52,815 nt of DNA from an uncultured archaeon (GTDB taxonomy: Archaea > Asgardarchaeota > Lokiarchaeia > Sigyniarchaeales > SOKP01): the NCBI GenBank assembly GCA_964508365.1, contig CAZDTP010000024.1, positions 1-52,815 on the forward strand, in the 5' to 3' direction. A program made the translations under genes and the position numbers. The notes beneath the pieces are model-generated. The model saw nothing but the letters and a program-made list of their open reading frames with translations. It was not told where the DNA came from and did no database searches. This document shows, piece after piece, positions 9,607-19,191 of the stretch (the first letter of the stretch is position 1; every line of letters starts with the position of its first letter).

Positions 9607-10623
9607 ATGAAGACTGATTATTTAGATAAGTTCGCTGGAACTTTATTAGGAGTAAGCATTGGAGATACTTTAGGCCATCCTTTTGAAGGGATGATTAGGG
9701 AACGAATATACTCCCGCTTTAATGATTTTAAAGAATTTATAAGGAGCAATACAAAGTTATTTAATACTTACACTGATGACACTCAATTAACGTTACACAC
9801 AGCAAAAGCGCTTATTCAAGGATCTGGTTTTAATGAGGACTACTTTATTAGAGAATATGTCGAATGGCTTGAAGATCCCCCCATAGGTCCCGGATTTGGA
9901 TGTATATCGTCGATACAGAAACTAAAATACGGGATTTCGTGGAAAGAAGCAGCTTCAAACTCAGGAGGTAACGGTACAGCGATGAGAGTTTCACCTATTG
10001 GATTATTTTACAATAAAGATATAATAAATCTAAAGAATTTCGCATTGCAATCAAGTGTTATTACTCATTCTCATCCAGCAGCTTCTGCAGGGGCGATTGT
10101 AGTTGCAAGAGCTATTGCTTTTTTAATAGATAAAACAATAGAAACAAAGTTCTCAGTTGAGGAATTTTTTGATGTCATTATTTCTTCTATCTCTAATTCG
10201 GGAGAAGAAATATGGGATGAATTTATAAAGATTTTAAATAAAATAAGGAATAGTCTTAACATTTCATTGGAAGCAGGGTTAATTAAATTCTCTCAAGTGG
10301 GCGTAAAAGCACCCTATTTTATCGAGGATTATTTAGGAAAAGCGTTTGTTCATCCATATACTCTAAGCACAGTAGCTTGCGCAATCTTCATCTTTTTAAA
10401 AAATCTGAATTCATTTGAAGAGTGTATTTTCCAATTAGCGACTGCTGGTGGTGATAGTGATACTGTGGGGGCTATAGGAGGTAGTTTAGCAGGAGCTTAT
10501 TTCGGCAAAGGAAACATACCCAATGATTTGATACAGTTAGTAAGAGGTTATAAAGATATCCTAAAAATTAGCGAAGAACTATGGTTGAAATTCATAGAGA
10601 TATATATAACAAAGGCTAATTAA
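9607..10623 (+). CDS. ADP-ribosylglycohydrolase family protein (DraG/ARH)
   Basis: GDTLG, YTDDTQ, GGNGTAMRVSPIG, GDSDTVGAIGGSLAGA motifs. Confidence 0.93.
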   Translation: MKTDYLDKFAGTLLGVSIGDTLGHPFEGMIRERIYSRFNDFKEFIRSNTKLFNTYTDDTQLTLHTAKALIQGSGFNEDYFIREYVEWLEDPPIGPGFGCISSIQKLKYGISWKEAASNSGGNGTAMRVSPIGLFYNKDIINLKNFALQSSVITHSHPAASAGAIVVARAIAFLIDKTIETKFSVEEFFDVIISSISNSGEEIWDEFIKILNKIRNSLNISLEAGLIKFSQVGVKAPYFIEDYLGKAFVHPYTLSTVACAIFIFLKNLNSFEECIFQLATAGGDSDTVGAIGGSLAGAYFGKGNIPNDLIQLVRGYKDILKISEELWLKFIEIYITKAN

Positions 10624-11185
10624 AACTATCTATAATGATTTCCATTCTATTAGCACATTCTTCGCAAAATTTAGGCGGTTTTTGATCAGTATCTTCTAAA
10701 GTATTTGAGAATTTCATTACGCAGAAATTTGTGCAATGCTCTAATCCAAATGTATGACCTAGCTCATGAATTGCCTCTTTAACTATTCTCAGCTCAAAAA
10801 GAGCGACATTTTCAGTTCTTCTATAAAATTCTTCTTTTAAACGAGTAACCGAAATTAATGCGCTTCCAAAGCTTTTGCTTTTAGGCAGGTCGGCAACACC
10901 AAAAACAAAGTTTAAATATTTAGAAAAAATATCAACATCCAAAACACCCAGGACACGATTATAGTCTTTAATTTTAACGTACTTAATTAATCTTTTTTTT
11001 ACCTTCAACGCATCGTATTGTCTTTTATATGAATCATATTCAGATTCTACTAAAGGAAGTGGATCGGGAAGATTTAAAATTTTAAAACCGTATTTTTTAA
11101 AGAACCACATCAAATCTTTTTTTAATACAATTAAAATCCCAGGATCAATATCTCCAATTCTCTGTAAGTAAATTATTTTCTTCAT
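10616..11185 (-). CDS. amzA: Archaemetzincin Zn-dependent protease
   Basis: HELGHTFGLEHC zinc motif followed by CVMKFS...FCEEC. Confidence 0.92.
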   Translation of the reverse strand: MKKIIYLQRIGDIDPGILIVLKKDLMWFFKKYGFKILNLPDPLPLVESEYDSYKRQYDALKVKKRLIKYVKIKDYNRVLGVLDVDIFSKYLNFVFGVADLPKSKSFGSALISVTRLKEEFYRRTENVALFELRIVKEAIHELGHTFGLEHCTNFCVMKFSNTLEDTDQKPPKFCEECANRMEIIIDSFN

Positions 11186-11385
11186 TTCAAAACTAAGTGG
11201 AAGAGAGTTCCTTTTGAATTTTAAGTAATACTAATTTATTAGATTTAACAAAAACTATTGATAGATGGGAGTCAGAAATAAAAAAATTAAAAATCGAATA
11301 AATATTTGGATTATTATTATTGATATCTAATAATTTGAATATCGTTCCAAAGTTATTTTTTATCAATTTCCTTCTCAATCTTAAG

Positions 11386-11459
11386 GGGAGGGTGGTCTAG
11401 CTTGGTATGATTCCTGGTTTGGGACCAGGTGGCCGGGGGTTCGAATCCCCCCTCTCCCA
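11386..11459 (+). tRNA. tRNA-Pro (UGG), intronless, CCA not encoded
   Basis: Acceptor GGGAGGG/CTCTCCC, anticodon arm CCTGG-TTTGGGA-CCAGG, T arm GGGGG-TTCGAAT-CCCCC. Confidence 0.97.
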
Positions 11460-11545
11460 TTTACAAAAACACTATTTTTAGAATGAACCTTAATAAATTT
11501 ACATTTATCAGAAAAGGAATTGTTTGATCTTAAAAAGAAAAAGGG

Positions 11546-11833
11546 TTAGATTTCGGGATATTCCTCGAGATTTAACGACTCGTCTGTGTTAAAAAATATA
11601 TCTGGTATTAATTCTTGAATTGCTGTAAGAAGGGACAACATTATAGCAGGATTATCTGAAGTAATTTTATAGTATATATGGAACCCTACTCTCGTTTTTA
11701 CTTGTATTCGACTATCGAAGAATTCTATTAGTTGCTGGATATCATTTTCGAATTCTTTATTTTTTTCAATCCAAATAAAAATTTGTTTTTTTTTAGTTTT
11801 ATTATTCGATTTAATTTTTAATCTTAATATCAT
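11546..11833 (-). CDS. Small hypothetical protein
   Basis: 95-aa ORF with ATG start that fills the spacer without overlap; no family recognised. Confidence 0.65.
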   Translation of the reverse strand: MILRLKIKSNNKTKKKQIFIWIEKNKEFENDIQQLIEFFDSRIQVKTRVGFHIYYKITSDNPAIMLSLLTAIQELIPDIFFNTDESLNLEEYPEI

Positions 11834-11972
11834 GGCAATCGATTTGTAAATTTAATTCAATTTTTCTTTTATGAATTAACCATACATCTAACTCTAATTA
11901 TAAAAACGAGGATATTTTTAATTCAATAAAAATTCTTCAAATTTTAATAAGAAGGGCAAAAAATAACGGAAA

Positions 11973-12308
11973 TCATTTGTCAAAAAAAGGTTTTAACTGA
12001 AATTTTTCACATAGACTTCTGATAGCAATATCAAATCTCTCAGAAATGTTTAGATAATGATTGCCCCATCCACTTGACAGTGAAATTTCTTGAAAATCTG
12101 ATGTAGGCGCAAATAGAAGGATAAGATCTTTAACTTTTGAAAAATCTTCGAGTTTTAATTTTTGGATATGATCATCTATTTAAAAAATCAATTCATCTTT
12201 ATTATCAAAATTTGACCAAGAAATGTCTGTTTTGGGTTCTAGGATTAACTTTTTAATTATTTCTAGTATTTTAATTAGAACTGTTTCATTATTGTCAATG
12301 GTTTCCAA
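11973..12308 (-). pseudogene. Hypothetical protein gene with internal TAA (12180-12182), missed by the ORF track
   Basis: Manual translation from TTG 12308: (M)ETIDNNETVLIKILEIIKKLILEPKTDISWSNFDNKDELIF*IDDHIQKLKLEDFSKVKDLILLFAPTSDFQEISLSSGWGNHYLNISERFD...; ends at TGA 11973-11975. Confidence 0.7.
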
Positions 12309-12365
12309 TCTGTTTTCACTTAGGCATTTATCAAAACTGTTTCTGAACTAAACTTCTCCAACTCT

Positions 12366-12641
12366 TTATCTAATCCTTTTTAATTCGATTTTGACAACAT
12401 TATAACGATCTGGACATTCTAATTCAACTATATCCGGGTCTTGTGACCAAGGAAAGGTACCACCAAATTGTAATGTTATAATAGAAGGAAAGATATCGTG
12501 ATAAAAAAACCCACATAATCCTCCAGAGTCGTGTCCGCTCAATTCGATCACGTCTCCTTTTTTATGTTTTGCGGTGCAACGGCCTTTAACATCTTTTATA
12601 GTTCCAACTAGTTTATACATTTTTTTCTCGTTTTCACTCAT
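12366..12641 (-). CDS. TIGR04076-family small Cys/His protein
   Basis: GRCTAKHKKGD, GLCGFFYHDIFP, FGGTFPW, ECPD pattern. Confidence 0.8.
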   Translation of the reverse strand: MSENEKKMYKLVGTIKDVKGRCTAKHKKGDVIELSGHDSGGLCGFFYHDIFPSIITLQFGGTFPWSQDPDIVELECPDRYNVVKIELKRIR

Positions 12642-12657
12642 GATTTAAGCACAATAA

Positions 12658-13749
12658 TTATTTTTGGATTTTTTTTTTTAATTCTTTAAGAATGTTATCC
12701 ACTTTTTTATCTTTAATCCAATATCTTATTTTGGAGGATTGTAATAGAGATTGAATTTTGGTATTAAGCTCGCTAAACTTTTGTTTATCCTCCTCAGATA
12801 GTTGAGGAACTTCTACTACTTTCGACTTGGTAATTTTTTTAATATGTTCTTCTATAGATGGAATTTCTACTTGCTCCTTTCCTTCAATAAGAGCTTTTCT
12901 TAATATTTCTTTAATATTCTTAACCCAACCTTCTATCCAAGGATATGATTCACTTTTTTTCGGATTTTTAATTTGGATATTTTTCCTTTTAACAATAATT
13001 AAATCGTCAGGACAAGAATTTTCGCACGCTCCACAATAAAAACACTCTTCTTCATTACAGGCAATTTTACCATATTTTACGACTTCTTCTGCGCTCTCAG
13101 GGATGTAAAAAGATTCTACGGGGCAGATATTAACACAAGCCTTACAACCTTGTGGATCACATTTATGTAACATGTTTTTCTTAATGATGACTTCTCCTTC
13201 GATTGGAGTACTGATTGAAAAACAATCAGCGGGGCATTCTTTTGAAATTTTAAAATAATCTTGGATGTGATTCCTTTCTCTTACTGTTAAGCATAATTGG
13301 CAAATTTCATTTTCTTTATCTTCAGTACACTTATCAAAATCGATTTCATAGAATTTCTCTATAGTAGGAAATTCATCCATAACAATTTGTCCTTCTGGCT
13401 CAATATTTTCGTGGAACGCATCGGTGGGGCAAACAACGACACATAGCATGCAATAACAGCACTTATCGTGGTCAATAAAGAGTTTAGGATTTGAATCGTC
13501 TAATATATTTTGGGCAATTTCTGGGATTGGTCCAAGTTCTATGGCGTCAACCGGGCAGACAAGTTTACATAAACTACACCCGATGCATTTTTTAATATCG
13601 TACGTTAGTTTCTTCTTAACATCCTTATATTGCCAATTTAAAACTAACTGATCTCCAGCAACATCTAGAGTTTTTTCAATCTCTTCTTCTTTTTCTTGAT
13701 CTAATTTATCTTGACCTGAAGATTCAGTAATTTTGATTCTCCCGAGCAC
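12658..13749 (-). CDS. fwdF: Polyferredoxin, FwdF-like
   Basis: Several CxxCxxCxxxCP motifs (CIGCSLCKLVCP, CCYCMLCVVVCP, CKACVNICP, CFYCGACENSCP). Confidence 0.7.
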   Translation of the reverse strand: MLGRIKITESSGQDKLDQEKEEEIEKTLDVAGDQLVLNWQYKDVKKKLTYDIKKCIGCSLCKLVCPVDAIELGPIPEIAQNILDDSNPKLFIDHDKCCYCMLCVVVCPTDAFHENIEPEGQIVMDEFPTIEKFYEIDFDKCTEDKENEICQLCLTVRERNHIQDYFKISKECPADCFSISTPIEGEVIIKKNMLHKCDPQGCKACVNICPVESFYIPESAEEVVKYGKIACNEEECFYCGACENSCPDDLIIVKRKNIQIKNPKKSESYPWIEGWVKNIKEILRKALIEGKEQVEIPSIEEHIKKITKSKVVEVPQLSEEDKQKFSELNTKIQSLLQSSKIRYWIKDKKVDNILKELKKKIQK

Positions 13750-13827
13750 TTAATTAAAACTTATCTAATTAATTTAAATTGTACTGATTAATTAATTTTA
13801 ACTCTTAAATACAATTTACAACAAAAG

Positions 13828-14328
13828 TTAAGAAAAATACGATTGGCTCTCTCTATCGAAACCGCTTACATATTCTATAAACATACCGTCTGGTCTTCGT
13901 TCAGGAGGTACAAAGACAATTTCCAAATCTGGTATAAATACGCCAATTCCATTTCTCGCGAGAATCAATACTGGGTGATTTTTGTCTTTGAAGATTTCTT
14001 CACTAATGTTGAGAGTAATCGTTCTGCACTGTTGCTCATCAATAACTCCTAACGAATGAATGTATTCATGTAATAAAATGTGATAGGTATAAGCCCAAAT
14101 TATTTCATACGGCTGAGATTCTAATATGATTTTTAACGGAGAAGTGTTCATAACAATTTCTGTACCGGGATGAAAATGCATTCCACCTATGAAACCGCCC
14201 CGAATCATGCCCATTTCGACCAACCCTAAGCTCAAACCCGCCCGCTGACGACCCATTATCTTTTTCACATCTTTTTTAACATTTTCGAAAATTTGGGGCA
14301 TCTGTTGTTTTAATTCTTGTAGGTTCAT
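13828..14328 (-). CDS. Hypothetical zincin-like protein (HExxH)
   Basis: LLHEYIHSLG motif; co-oriented downstream of the regulator and cdc48. Confidence 0.65.
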   Translation of the reverse strand: MNLQELKQQMPQIFENVKKDVKKIMGRQRAGLSLGLVEMGMIRGGFIGGMHFHPGTEIVMNTSPLKIILESQPYEIIWAYTYHILLHEYIHSLGVIDEQQCRTITLNISEEIFKDKNHPVLILARNGIGVFIPDLEIVFVPPERRPDGMFIEYVSGFDRESQSYFS

Positions 14329-14394
14329 TGAGCACCTCGTAATAAATCTATTTTTTAAAATTGAATAAAAATAAATAACGGAACTAATGTGGTT

Positions 14395-15180
14395 TTAAAA
14401 ATCGAAAAACCAATCATCATCATCTTCCGAAAGAAAACCCATAAATGATGACATATCTTTCAATAGGGATTTAATGTTTGTAACTTTAGATTCTCTTGTA
14501 AAAGGATCTAAATCAGAGAAAAATAAATTATCTATAAGTTTATCAATACTAATTCTTTTGCGAAATTGTACTGGATTGTAAAATAAAGTATAGAAAATTT
14601 CCCGTTCTAGATTTTCTACTTCAGATTTTGATTTTAGGAAATTTTTATGGTATGATTGATTAATTATATTTTTAAGTTCGATTATAAAGCACTCTTTATT
14701 CTGCAGTAATTTGCTTCTTTCTCCTTCTAAATTCTTAATATTTTGCTCTATATCTCTAATTTGTTGCCCTAAATATCTTATTTTATCATCAGGAGATTTT
14801 ATGCTCTCAAATTTGGTAGAACATCCAATATCTTTAAGATCAATGGATTTAACATCATCGTCGATTTGAGCCATACTATATTTTATATTATAATAATCTG
14901 GTGATATATCAATCCTTACAGAAAGATTGCTTTTTATTCTATATTTCCCACCGCGCTTTTCATCGCCAATTCTATCAATAATATTACTTGAGCTTAAAAT
15001 GTCTAACTGACTGTGTACGGCTTGTCTCGAAATGCCTAAAATTTTAGATAATTCTGAAGTGGAGTGTGGAACTTTTGCTATTTTAGACAATATAATCCGT
15101 CTAGTCGGATTACCTAAAATTTCTAATAGGTTATCTAAACTTATGAATTGTTTGCTTTGATTTTTTTTTTCTATTTCCAT
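14395..15180 (-). CDS. ArsR-type wHTH regulator with coiled coil, Phr/HSR1-like
   Basis: LLEILGNPTRRIIL...STSELSKILGISRQAVHSQLDIL resembles the N-terminus of Pyrococcus Phr; C-terminal coiled coil; adjacent to cdc48 and the hsp20-like gene. Confidence 0.8.
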   Translation of the reverse strand: MEIEKKNQSKQFISLDNLLEILGNPTRRIILSKIAKVPHSTSELSKILGISRQAVHSQLDILSSSNIIDRIGDEKRGGKYRIKSNLSVRIDISPDYYNIKYSMAQIDDDVKSIDLKDIGCSTKFESIKSPDDKIRYLGQQIRDIEQNIKNLEGERSKLLQNKECFIIELKNIINQSYHKNFLKSKSEVENLEREIFYTLFYNPVQFRKRISIDKLIDNLFFSDLDPFTRESKVTNIKSLLKDMSSFMGFLSEDDDDWFFDF

Positions 15181-15214
15181 CTACATCACTTCATTCTCGT
15201 TTATTACTTTAATA

Positions 15215-17530
15215 TCATCTATACATATCATCTGATTCTTTTGAATAGTGTTCGTGAACCTTCTTCGCCCTATCTGCTCCTCTTATGATCTTATCGATTG
15301 CTTCATTGAATTCTTCTTGTTTTATTTCGATGTTAGCAACTAACTCTAATTGGGCTTTATTAATTCTATTTTCTACCTCCTGAATAGCAGCCTCATCGCT
15401 TTTTTCAGCTTGTAATTGCTCCAGATGATCCTTGAGCTCTTGTAACTCTACTTTCTTCTTATTAACAGTGGGGATTGCCTTTCGAATTGTTAATAAAGTA
15501 GCTTCCTCAGCAATTGCTTGGATATCAGCCCCAGTATAATCTTCTAAAGCTTCAGCGAGTTTATCAAATTTCACATCATCTGCCAAAGGTTTATTCCTGA
15601 GGTGAATCTTGAATATTTCCTTTCGCGTTTCTAAATCTGGTATAGTAATCTCAACATGCCTACCAAACCTACCGGATCGAAGTAAAGCAGGGTCTAGCAT
15701 ATCAGGTCTATTAGTCGCTGCAAGTAAAATTACATTTTTTAAATCCTCTAAACCGTCCATTTCGGTTAACAATTGAGAAATCACTTGATCAGTAACCTCA
15801 GAGCTTGCAGTTCTACCTCTTACTCCAGCGATCGCGTCAATTTCATCAAAAAAGATGATACAAGGAGCTGCAGATCTTGCTTTCCTAAAAGTTTCTCTTA
15901 CCGCTTTTTCGCTTTCTCCAACCCATTTGGAGAGAAATTCTGGTCCCTTCACCGAGATAAAGTTAACTTCACTTTCATGGGCTAATGCTTTAGCTAATAA
16001 TGTCTTCCCAGTTCCAGGAGGTCCATATAGTAAAATTCCACTTGGAGGTTTTGACGATAAATGCGTGTATAATTCAGGGTACCTTAAAGGCCACTCAATA
16101 ATTTCTTTCAATTGTATTTTAGCATCTTCCAATCCACCAACATCTTCCCATGTTTCCTTAGGCTGAGAAATTACTACTTCTCTTAATGCAGAAGGTTCTA
16201 TATTATTTAACGCAGAAGTAAAGTTTTCCATTCTAATTCTTAAAGAATTTAAAATTTCAAAGGGAATCGGTTTGTCTAAATCGATCTTTGGAAGCATCTC
16301 TCTAATGGCTAACATCGCTGCTTCTTTAGCCAAAGCTTCAACATCAGCACCGACGAAACCATGGGTTCTCTCTGCTAATGTTCTTAAATCAACATCTTCA
16401 AATAATGGCATTCCCCTAGTATGAATTTGCATGATTTCGAAACGTCCATCTGTATCTGGGACCCCTATTTCGATTTCTTTGTCAAATCTACCAGGTCTTC
16501 TCAACGCGATATCTATATCATTAACTCGGTTCGTAGCTCCTATAACGATAATTTCTCCTCTCCCTTCTAATCCATCGAGTAAAGATAATAACTGAGCTAC
16601 TACTCTTCTTTCTACTTCTCCAGTGACTTCGCCTCTTTTTGGTGCAATTGAATCTAATTCATCAATAAAAATGATTGAAGGAGCGTTCTTTTTAGCGTCA
16701 TCGAAAATATCTCTTAAATTTTGTTCGCTTTGTCCGTAAAATTTACTCATGATTTCAGGACCGCTAATAGTTATAAAGTGAGCATCAGTTTCAAATGCAA
16801 CTGCTCTGGCTAATAGAGTTTTCCCCGTTCCAGGAGGACCGTGTAATAAAACACCTTTGGGTGGATCGATTCCTATTCTTTTGAATAATTCTGGATGTTT
16901 TAATGGCAATTCGATCATTTCACGAATTCTCTGAATTTCGTCTGCTAATCCTCCAATATCTTCGTAACTTACCCTTAATTTTTCTCTTTCTATAATTTCT
17001 TTATGGGTTTTTTCACTTAATTTAATCTCCGTGCCAGAATGGATTCTAACTGCATCAGTTTTTGGTTGAAAATCAAGAACTACAAAGTCGTATTTCTTGT
17101 TATATGAGTAAAAACTTAATATATCGTCCTTAGTAACCACTCTATTCTCTAGAAGTGAGTTTAAACGCTTTGGGCTAATTACCACCGATTCTGTTAATCC
17201 TGCGAATATCACTTTTTCCGCCAGAGCAACTTTAATTTTGCGAATCTCAACAAAATCGTCTAAGGTAGTATCAATATTTCTTCGCAAAAATGGATCTAGC
17301 CGAATTATACCCGTCCCAGTATCTTCAGGTTTACTTGGAAATAATAATGCTGCAGTTTTTAATTTTGAAATGGAGTTAGATATCTCTATTGCATCACCAT
17401 TTTTTAGTTTTAACTTTTTTACGACTTCAGCGTCAATCCTAATTCTGCCTTGTCCAGAATCGTCCTTGAAAGCGTCTTTTACTCTAAGCCTATTATCTTT
17501 TCCTTCTATACCACTTGAAATTTCACTCAT
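15215..17530 (-). CDS. cdc48: Cdc48/VCP-type AAA+ ATPase
   Basis: N-domain plus two AAA modules: GPPGTGKT twice, FIDELD/FFDEID, RRPGRFD/LRSGRFG. Confidence 0.97.
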   Translation of the reverse strand: MSEISSGIEGKDNRLRVKDAFKDDSGQGRIRIDAEVVKKLKLKNGDAIEISNSISKLKTAALLFPSKPEDTGTGIIRLDPFLRRNIDTTLDDFVEIRKIKVALAEKVIFAGLTESVVISPKRLNSLLENRVVTKDDILSFYSYNKKYDFVVLDFQPKTDAVRIHSGTEIKLSEKTHKEIIEREKLRVSYEDIGGLADEIQRIREMIELPLKHPELFKRIGIDPPKGVLLHGPPGTGKTLLARAVAFETDAHFITISGPEIMSKFYGQSEQNLRDIFDDAKKNAPSIIFIDELDSIAPKRGEVTGEVERRVVAQLLSLLDGLEGRGEIIVIGATNRVNDIDIALRRPGRFDKEIEIGVPDTDGRFEIMQIHTRGMPLFEDVDLRTLAERTHGFVGADVEALAKEAAMLAIREMLPKIDLDKPIPFEILNSLRIRMENFTSALNNIEPSALREVVISQPKETWEDVGGLEDAKIQLKEIIEWPLRYPELYTHLSSKPPSGILLYGPPGTGKTLLAKALAHESEVNFISVKGPEFLSKWVGESEKAVRETFRKARSAAPCIIFFDEIDAIAGVRGRTASSEVTDQVISQLLTEMDGLEDLKNVILLAATNRPDMLDPALLRSGRFGRHVEITIPDLETRKEIFKIHLRNKPLADDVKFDKLAEALEDYTGADIQAIAEEATLLTIRKAIPTVNKKKVELQELKDHLEQLQAEKSDEAAIQEVENRINKAQLELVANIEIKQEEFNEAIDKIIRGADRAKKVHEHYSKESDDMYR

Positions 17531-17543
17531 TTTGTAATCACAC

Positions 17544-18209
17544 TCAAATGTTCTTCTTTTGCATTATAATCGTTACTATTCCGTTATTAACTTCTAAAAT
17601 ATGATCGTCCATTGTAGACTCAAAAGGTAATAGTATCTCTCTTTTAATATTAATTAAATTGATTTCGATTGATACTCTAAGAGTTCTCTCATCCTCACTT
17701 AAACTTAGTAAAATATGCCCTTTTTCAATTCCTGGAGCTTCGATAATAATTTCAGCAGAATGTTCATAAAGGTTGATCTCAAAATATGGATTTTTTGATA
17801 AAGAATCTCCTTTTTCGTAATTAGGTTGTAAAGAAAGCGGACCTACATCAATAGCTTGCCTATCCCTTGAAGGATTTAACCGCTTAAGATGTGGATGGTT
17901 CGATAAATCAAAATTCTTAAAATATTCCTGAAGCTTTTTTTCGTCAAAATTACCTTCAACCTTTATTTCTGGTTTATCCATTCCAGATTCAAAATGATAA
18001 GTTACTTTAAAAGCTTTAAATTTATCATTATTACGAATCGTTTTTGGATCAAAATTCGGTTCAGGGAGAAATAAGAAATCCACATCAAAAGCTCCTTGAT
18101 CTAAATTAAGATGTTTTTTGATACGCTCTAAAAAATCATTATAATCATCAGTATAATCATCATCATACTCATCTGACACGAATATCACCATTTCTAATTT
18201 TGTCAACAA
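17544..18209 (-). CDS. Hsp20/alpha-crystallin-like protein; true start probably ATG 18191 or GTG 18179
   Basis: Acidic N-terminus; C-terminal [10 protein letters not shown]...LLPF...VNNGIVTI alpha-crystallin-like strand pattern; 14 nt upstream of cdc48. Confidence 0.75.
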   Translation of the reverse strand: MLTKLEMVIFVSDEYDDDYTDDYNDFLERIKKHLNLDQGAFDVDFLFLPEPNFDPKTIRNNDKFKAFKVTYHFESGMDKPEIKVEGNFDEKKLQEYFKNFDLSNHPHLKRLNPSRDRQAIDVGPLSLQPNYEKGDSLSKNPYFEINLYEHSAEIIIEAPGIEKGHILLSLSEDERTLRVSIEINLINIKREILLPFESTMDDHILEVNNGIVTIIMQKKNI

Positions 18210-18234
18210 TCAATTGACAATAATAATATGTCAA
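18200..18234. promoter_or_regulatory. Inverted-repeat operator candidate upstream of the hsp20-cdc48-regulator cluster
   Basis: TTGTCAA(18200-06), TTGACAA(18214-20), TGTCAA(18229-34): TTGACA-N9-TGTCAA plus a third half-site, between a minus-strand TTTATA box (18241-46) and the gene start. Confidence 0.5.
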
Positions 18235-18403
18235 AAAAGCTATAAAAACTTATTGTTTTTTAAAAATAAGCAGTTTACAGATAAAAAATGATTTTTAATT
18301 TTTTTATTTATATAAAATAATAATTTAAGAATCAGAAGTTAGACTCTTAAATAAATAATCCTTAGATTAATAACATGGATTTACATTAAGATTGAAGATC
18401 TAT

Positions 18404-18997
18404 CTAGTCAAAAATTGATATAATTTGTGATTTGTATATTTTTTTCAATATAAGTTCGATAAGCTCTTGAAAAGATTCTACAACGCCATATCCGTGAAGT
18501 GCTACCGTCTTTTTCGTTTTTAAGTTCTTAAATTTGAAAGAATTGATATTTTCTAAGAAATCGGTTGAATTAAACTTTTCTTGCAAATCCTGTTTATTAA
18601 AAGCTAAAATTTTTGGTAATTTAATGAAATTTTCTTCAAAATAGTTACATAATTCATTCCACGAGGTCAAATTTCGATAATAAGCGGATTGGTGAGAGTC
18701 AGCAACGAAAACGATTCCATCTATCCCTTGTAGTGTTACAGGTCGGGTGATTATATAGAAATCTTGACCTGTTGTAGAATATATGTGAATCTTAAGCCGC
18801 CATTGTTCATTTTCAAATGTAATTGTACCATAGTCAAAAAATAGAGTTCTTCTTATACTACTTTCAATACTTAATACACTATCATCTTTTCCAAATTGTT
18901 TGAATAAGGATTTAAGAGTTGTCGTTTTCCCAGATAATGCCGGTCCAAAGTAGCAAATTTTTAATTGAATAGTTTGGTTCAAATGATCGATTATCAT
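18404..18997 (-). CDS. Small GTPase, MglA-like
   Basis: GPALSGKTT, RTLFFDY, STTGQ, DGIVFVADS, NKQDL. Confidence 0.9.
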   Translation of the reverse strand: MIIDHLNQTIQLKICYFGPALSGKTTTLKSLFKQFGKDDSVLSIESSIRRTLFFDYGTITFENEQWRLKIHIYSTTGQDFYIITRPVTLQGIDGIVFVADSHQSAYYRNLTSWNELCNYFEENFIKLPKILAFNKQDLQEKFNSTDFLENINSFKFKNLKTKKTVALHGYGVVESFQELIELILKKIYKSQIISIFD

Positions 18998-19191
18998 TTT
19001 TTATTTTATTGCATTGGTTTTTGTCTTATTTTTTGATTAGAAGTATATTAATTTCTATTTTTTTTGGAAAAAAAATATAAGAGTTCTGAGAAATATACTC
19101 AAGGAATTGAGCATAACTGAATTCTACTTCAATAATTAGATAAAATATGATTTCTATCACAAAGATCTCAATAAAGATAATTTAAACCTGT

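Noticed and set aside
11386-12360. tRNA-Pro as integration site for an island
   Set aside because: I found no duplicated tRNA 3' end and no integrase nearby.
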